The position numbers were made by a program, and so were the translations under genes. DNA of 64,000 bases. Origin: a plasmid. Of the stretch, positions 60,388 through 64,000 are shown in pieces. Location of the stretch: the sequence record NZ_CP023526.1; one strand, written 5' to 3'. Numbering within the stretch: position 1 is the stretch's first letter; every line of letters starts with the position of its first letter. The notes beneath the pieces were generated by a model. That model had not been told where the DNA came from, searched no databases, and worked only from the letters and a program-made list of their open reading frames with translations.

Positions 60388-62045
60388 GCGGACGGTCATA
60401 ACAGGTGACCCATCCTGTGGTCATCAGGACTGGGGTTGATTCAGCCATTTTTCTGAATCTGGTGGTATATTTTTATCCCTTTACGTCATTAATGAACCGT
60501 AAGCCTGAAGGTAACGACTTATCATGGCATTCATCCCCGGCCGTCATGCTCAGATTTACACCGTCGGTACTTCGGGGCATGCCGTTCTTTAGCAATTGTC
60601 GAATTACCGAAGATTGCGGGCGACAGACCCGGCGAAGCAGGTGAGATCCACAGACAGCACCACCGAAACCCTAAGGATATACAATATACTTAGGGTTTTA
60701 ATGCAATTATATTGCCCCAGTGCATCACAGGTTAAGTATGGGGAATGTGCTCTGTATAGTGGATACCTGGTATGTCAGACAATATGACGTTCATGCCAGC
60801 GGGAGTAGAATAAGTAGGGTCCATACGACCTTCCCTCGGCCAGCCTGACTGCAACTCGTTGGCACTCTTATCTGGATCCTGTATCTGGCCTTTTGATATC
60901 CTCTTCTCTCTGACCATCGAAGATTTCCTGAAACGTTCAGACCAGAGTGTGACCCGGCCCTGTGGGGGCTATTTCATTGGTCGCCCTGAAGTCATCCTCT
61001 CCCAACAGGTCAATGTACATACTCTGCCACCAGAATATTATGGCCGCGGGCATACGACCCGTCATGGTATGTCCGAAGCCCCAAAATCATCACGGACTTT
61101 CCCTCTGGCCGAAGTATTGCATCAAATAAAAGCCATAAGTCCAGACTCATGTCCGTGCACACTAACTTTATTACCCACAGCTGCCCGCTTGCTATAGTGG
61201 TTTATATATCAGCGTACAGTGGTCTTCATGACCTCCATTATGAGAGCGCTGAGGTTTAAGCGGCTATGCCAGAGGTCGCATGAAGATTACCGGTACGTGC
61301 CGGTTGCTTTGACAAGTTATCTCCAGCGTTCTTTCCATCGTGGCTGGATTTCCATATGAGGCTCTTCTCACACCGGCAAGCGTTGTCATCTTCGCATCCT
61401 GTCTCAACCCAGGTCTGGAAGCCCATGTCCCCCTAATCTTCTCATTACGTTTGAATTCAAGGGTACCACCTCTCTCGCTATGAGCTGACCGTTACACCTA
61501 ATTATCCTGCCAACAGTCAGCCGGTTGTAACGAGAGTGAATGTAGTGCCGTCCTTGCAACGATACCCGGTTGTGTTTGCCCTTCTGCTTCACACGTTTCA
61601 TATAGCGAAATGTACGGTGCTGGCCACGTTTTTAAACCGGGGAATGCTCTACGTTTTCGGGTAAAATTTTACAGAGGTTCCCGGGCCATTGAAGGTTTGT
61701 TCGAAAGGGTCAACGGACTGATTCTTTCAGCTGCTGCCAGTCACCCCTCGTCCATTAGGTAGGCATTTTACTCAGAAAATATATCGATTTTCAGCTTCAG
61801 AATACTTGTTTTATAATGCCAGTGGAGGGGTGCGATTAGCCCTTTGTTACCTTATTGGTGCCTCTTATAATGGGGTGTTAGTCAGCCAGGCCCGATTGAT
61901 TACAGTCCCAGTCGTCCATGATCCGGGGATGAAGTCACCGGGAATGATGGGGCGCAGGTAACCGCTAACAGGGGCCAGGTCAGGTACTATTGCCGGGACC
62001 TGCACCCAAGGTTATCTGGTTAACCCGTAGAGACAGCGAGACAGC

Positions 62046-62830
62046 ATGACCGAATCAAGCGATTATGAACCCGTCCAGATCTTTATTGGCGTTGACGTCG
62101 ATAAAGATACCAATCACGCTGTTGCCATCAATCGTTCAGATAACCGCCTGTTCGATACAGAATTATTCAACGACGAAACCAGACTCAGGTCGCTGAAATT
62201 TGACCTTAAACAACATGATCAGAGACAGCTGGTTGTTGACCAGCCAGCCACCATTGGGGCGCTACCTGTCACCGTTGCCCGCTCGGAATGCGTCCTTGTC
62301 GGATACCTCCCCGGCCTGGCAATGCGCCACATCGCCGACTTACCCGCCGTGAAGCCAGGACAGATGCTCGAGACGCTGCCATCATCGCCGGACTCTCCAT
62401 GCTCTGCGACTTCGATGATGATCTCACCGCACAAACAATGCAGTCCAGCCCCCCGTATCCGCAGTCTGTTAACCCAGAGACATCCTGCTCTGGAGCGCGT
62501 TCGCGTTTCTCGACTGGTTCACCCGGCCGTCCATAATCCGCTCCAGCAATATACCTCATCCGAAAAACTCGTTTTACCGGGGAAGAAGAAGCCGGCAATC
62601 CGGCTCTGCAAACTCGAGCCCTGCCTGAGAAAGCACCTTGCTGCAGATATCACCCTGGCACTGATACAGTAAGCCGTCATCGTTCCCGGTAAGAATGCGG
62701 CTGTCGTTGTCCTGCCACTTCTTGTACTCCAGCTCATCACCCTACGTAAGCAAAGAAAAGAGGTGGTCCTTAAGGTAGAACTGCGTGTACTGCTGCTAAT
62801 CGTCCGCGGAGGTAAACTTATCTCCACCTT
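62046..62830 (+). pseudogene. IS110-family transposase gene, frameshifted/decayed
   Basis: N-terminal QIFIGVDVDKDTNHAVAI matches the IS110 DEDD N-terminal motif (IGIDV.K...). The remainder is split over other frames (REARTDARDAAIIAGLS...) with stops. Confidence 0.6.
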
Positions 62831-62848
62831 TTAGCTGAAGGAGTTACG

Positions 62849-63545
62849 ATGAATCCTTTCCATGGTTGCCATTTCCAGAGTGAAATTTTCCTGTAGGTCG
62901 TCTGCTGGTCCTGTAAAGACGGTTTCAGCCATAGAGAACTGGAAGAGATGCTTGCGGAACGTGGTGTGAGCGTTGACCACACTACGGTTTACCGCCGGGT
63001 TTAGCGTTATGCACCTGAAATGGAAAAACGAATGCGCTGGTACTGGCGTACCCCCTCCGATCTCAGCCTGTGGCATATGGATGAAACGTATGTGAAAGTG
63101 AGCGGCCGGTGGGCTTCTTTACCGGACCATTGATAACCGTGGCCGGATAATTGATTTTTATCTGCCATCCCGCAGAAATACCAAAGCAGCATACCGGTTT
63201 CTGGGAAAAATGATTAACAATGTGAAGCGCCGGCAGTTCCCCCGGTATATCAATACGGACGAGACTTCAACAAATGGTCACACACTCGAACTACTGAAAC
63301 GAGAGGGCCAGTACCCGCCTGATGTTAAACACCGGCAGATTATAACTCGGAACAACGTGATTGAATGCAACCACGGTAAGTGGAAACGGATAATCAGCGT
63401 GATGCTGGGGTTTAAATCGATGGAGACCGATTACGCCACGATAAAAGGAATTGAAGTAATGCGTGCGCTGCGGAAAGGCCAGGCCCCAGCATTCTATTAT
63501 AGTGATCCCCCGACCGATCTGCCTGGCAAGCAGCCACGACAATAA
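62849..63545 (+). pseudogene. IS6-family (IS26-like) transposase gene with multiple stops/frameshifts
   Basis: Colinear with my recollection of IS26 Tnp (MNPF.G.HFQ..I...ERGV.VDH.T.YR...YAPEMEKR.RWYWR.PSDL..WHMDETYVKV.GRWA...; C-terminus ...FKSM.T.YATIKGIEVMRALRKGQA.AFYY.DP) but interrupted by several in-frame stops. Confidence 0.65.
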
Positions 63546-64000
63546 GCGACTATCTCCCAGAAGTCTCTGCATAGCGCATACAATCGGGGTCTCATCATAC
63601 TCTGAGCTCGAGAATTACCGTCTCTCGTTGGTATGCCAGCCCGTTGCTGAACTTTCAGGTTGGCTTATCTCTTCATCATTTCGTTTATAACAGGGCAGTG
63701 TATCGGAACCCGTCTGAGAGTTAATCACAACACTATGGCATATGATGCAACTTAAACGAGCGCCTTCTTCAGTTAATCTGTTTTTCCAGTACGAAAAGGC
63801 CTGGTCAACGATCTCAGAAAATAAGTATAAAAGCCCGATAAAAAAACGAAACTATAAGGGCCAAAACATCAAAAAACCTGGCGATTTCACCCTGAAATTC
63901 ACAATAATAATCATTTAAAAACAATAAGTTAACCGTGAAATCTCTGTGGAGAAAATTCAAATAATAGCGTGATAAGTACGGTTCACCCGGTGCATACTTC

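Noticed and set aside
1-64000. Searched for CRISPR arrays, tRNA/rRNA genes and integrase/recombinase genes
   Set aside because: No regularly spaced direct repeats, no cloverleaf-like tRNA sequences and no tyrosine/serine recombinase ORFs were seen; only IS transposases. A covariance-model scan would be needed to exclude small ncRNAs.

Overview
This is an Enterobacterales chromosomal window in two compositionally distinct parts. Positions 1-16.4 kb (roughly 57-60% GC) hold a FepE/Wzz-like co-polymerase gene (minus strand, partial) and a complete, tightly coupled + strand aryl-polyene (APE) type II PKS/FAS-like operon. The operon runs lipoprotein, then KS/CLF, acyltransferase, two ACPs, AMP-ligase, dehydratases, a GT2-acyltransferase, thioesterase, LolA-like, MMPL exporter, ketoreductase and KSs; most junctions are ATGA/GTGA overlaps. 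It ends with the AcpT 4'-phosphopantetheinyl transferase. From about 16.4 kb to the end of the window the sequence is an AT-rich mosaic accessory island. It carries (i) two identical ~750-bp repeats plus a third divergent homologue of an unknown winged-helix-like protein; (ii) three near-identical copies of a strikingly high-GC SDR oxidoreductase cassette, each beside a divergently transcribed XRE/DicA-like repressor; (iii) an islet with a queC paralogue, a frameshifted YhhQ/Vut-type queuosine-precursor transporter and an XRE/S24-like regulator; (iv) metabolic cargo (gldA-dhaK, an NCS1 permease, a GNAT) and three LuxR-type regulator paralogues; (v) a three-gene Lamassu-like/ABC-3C cassette (PD-(D/E)xK effector, small middle component, Rad50/SMC-like ATPase with CxxC hook); (vi) a hipBA-like kinase toxin module, a CoiA-like protein, an HNH-like protein, large unknown proteins (one with a C-terminal Rx4H HEPN-like motif) and two tandem tiny hydrophobic peptides; (vii) an apparently intact IS3-family element; and (viii) decayed IS110- and IS6-family transposase genes, Rhs, autotransporter, Fic and ProQ/FinO fragments. 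No rRNA, tRNA or CRISPR array was found.
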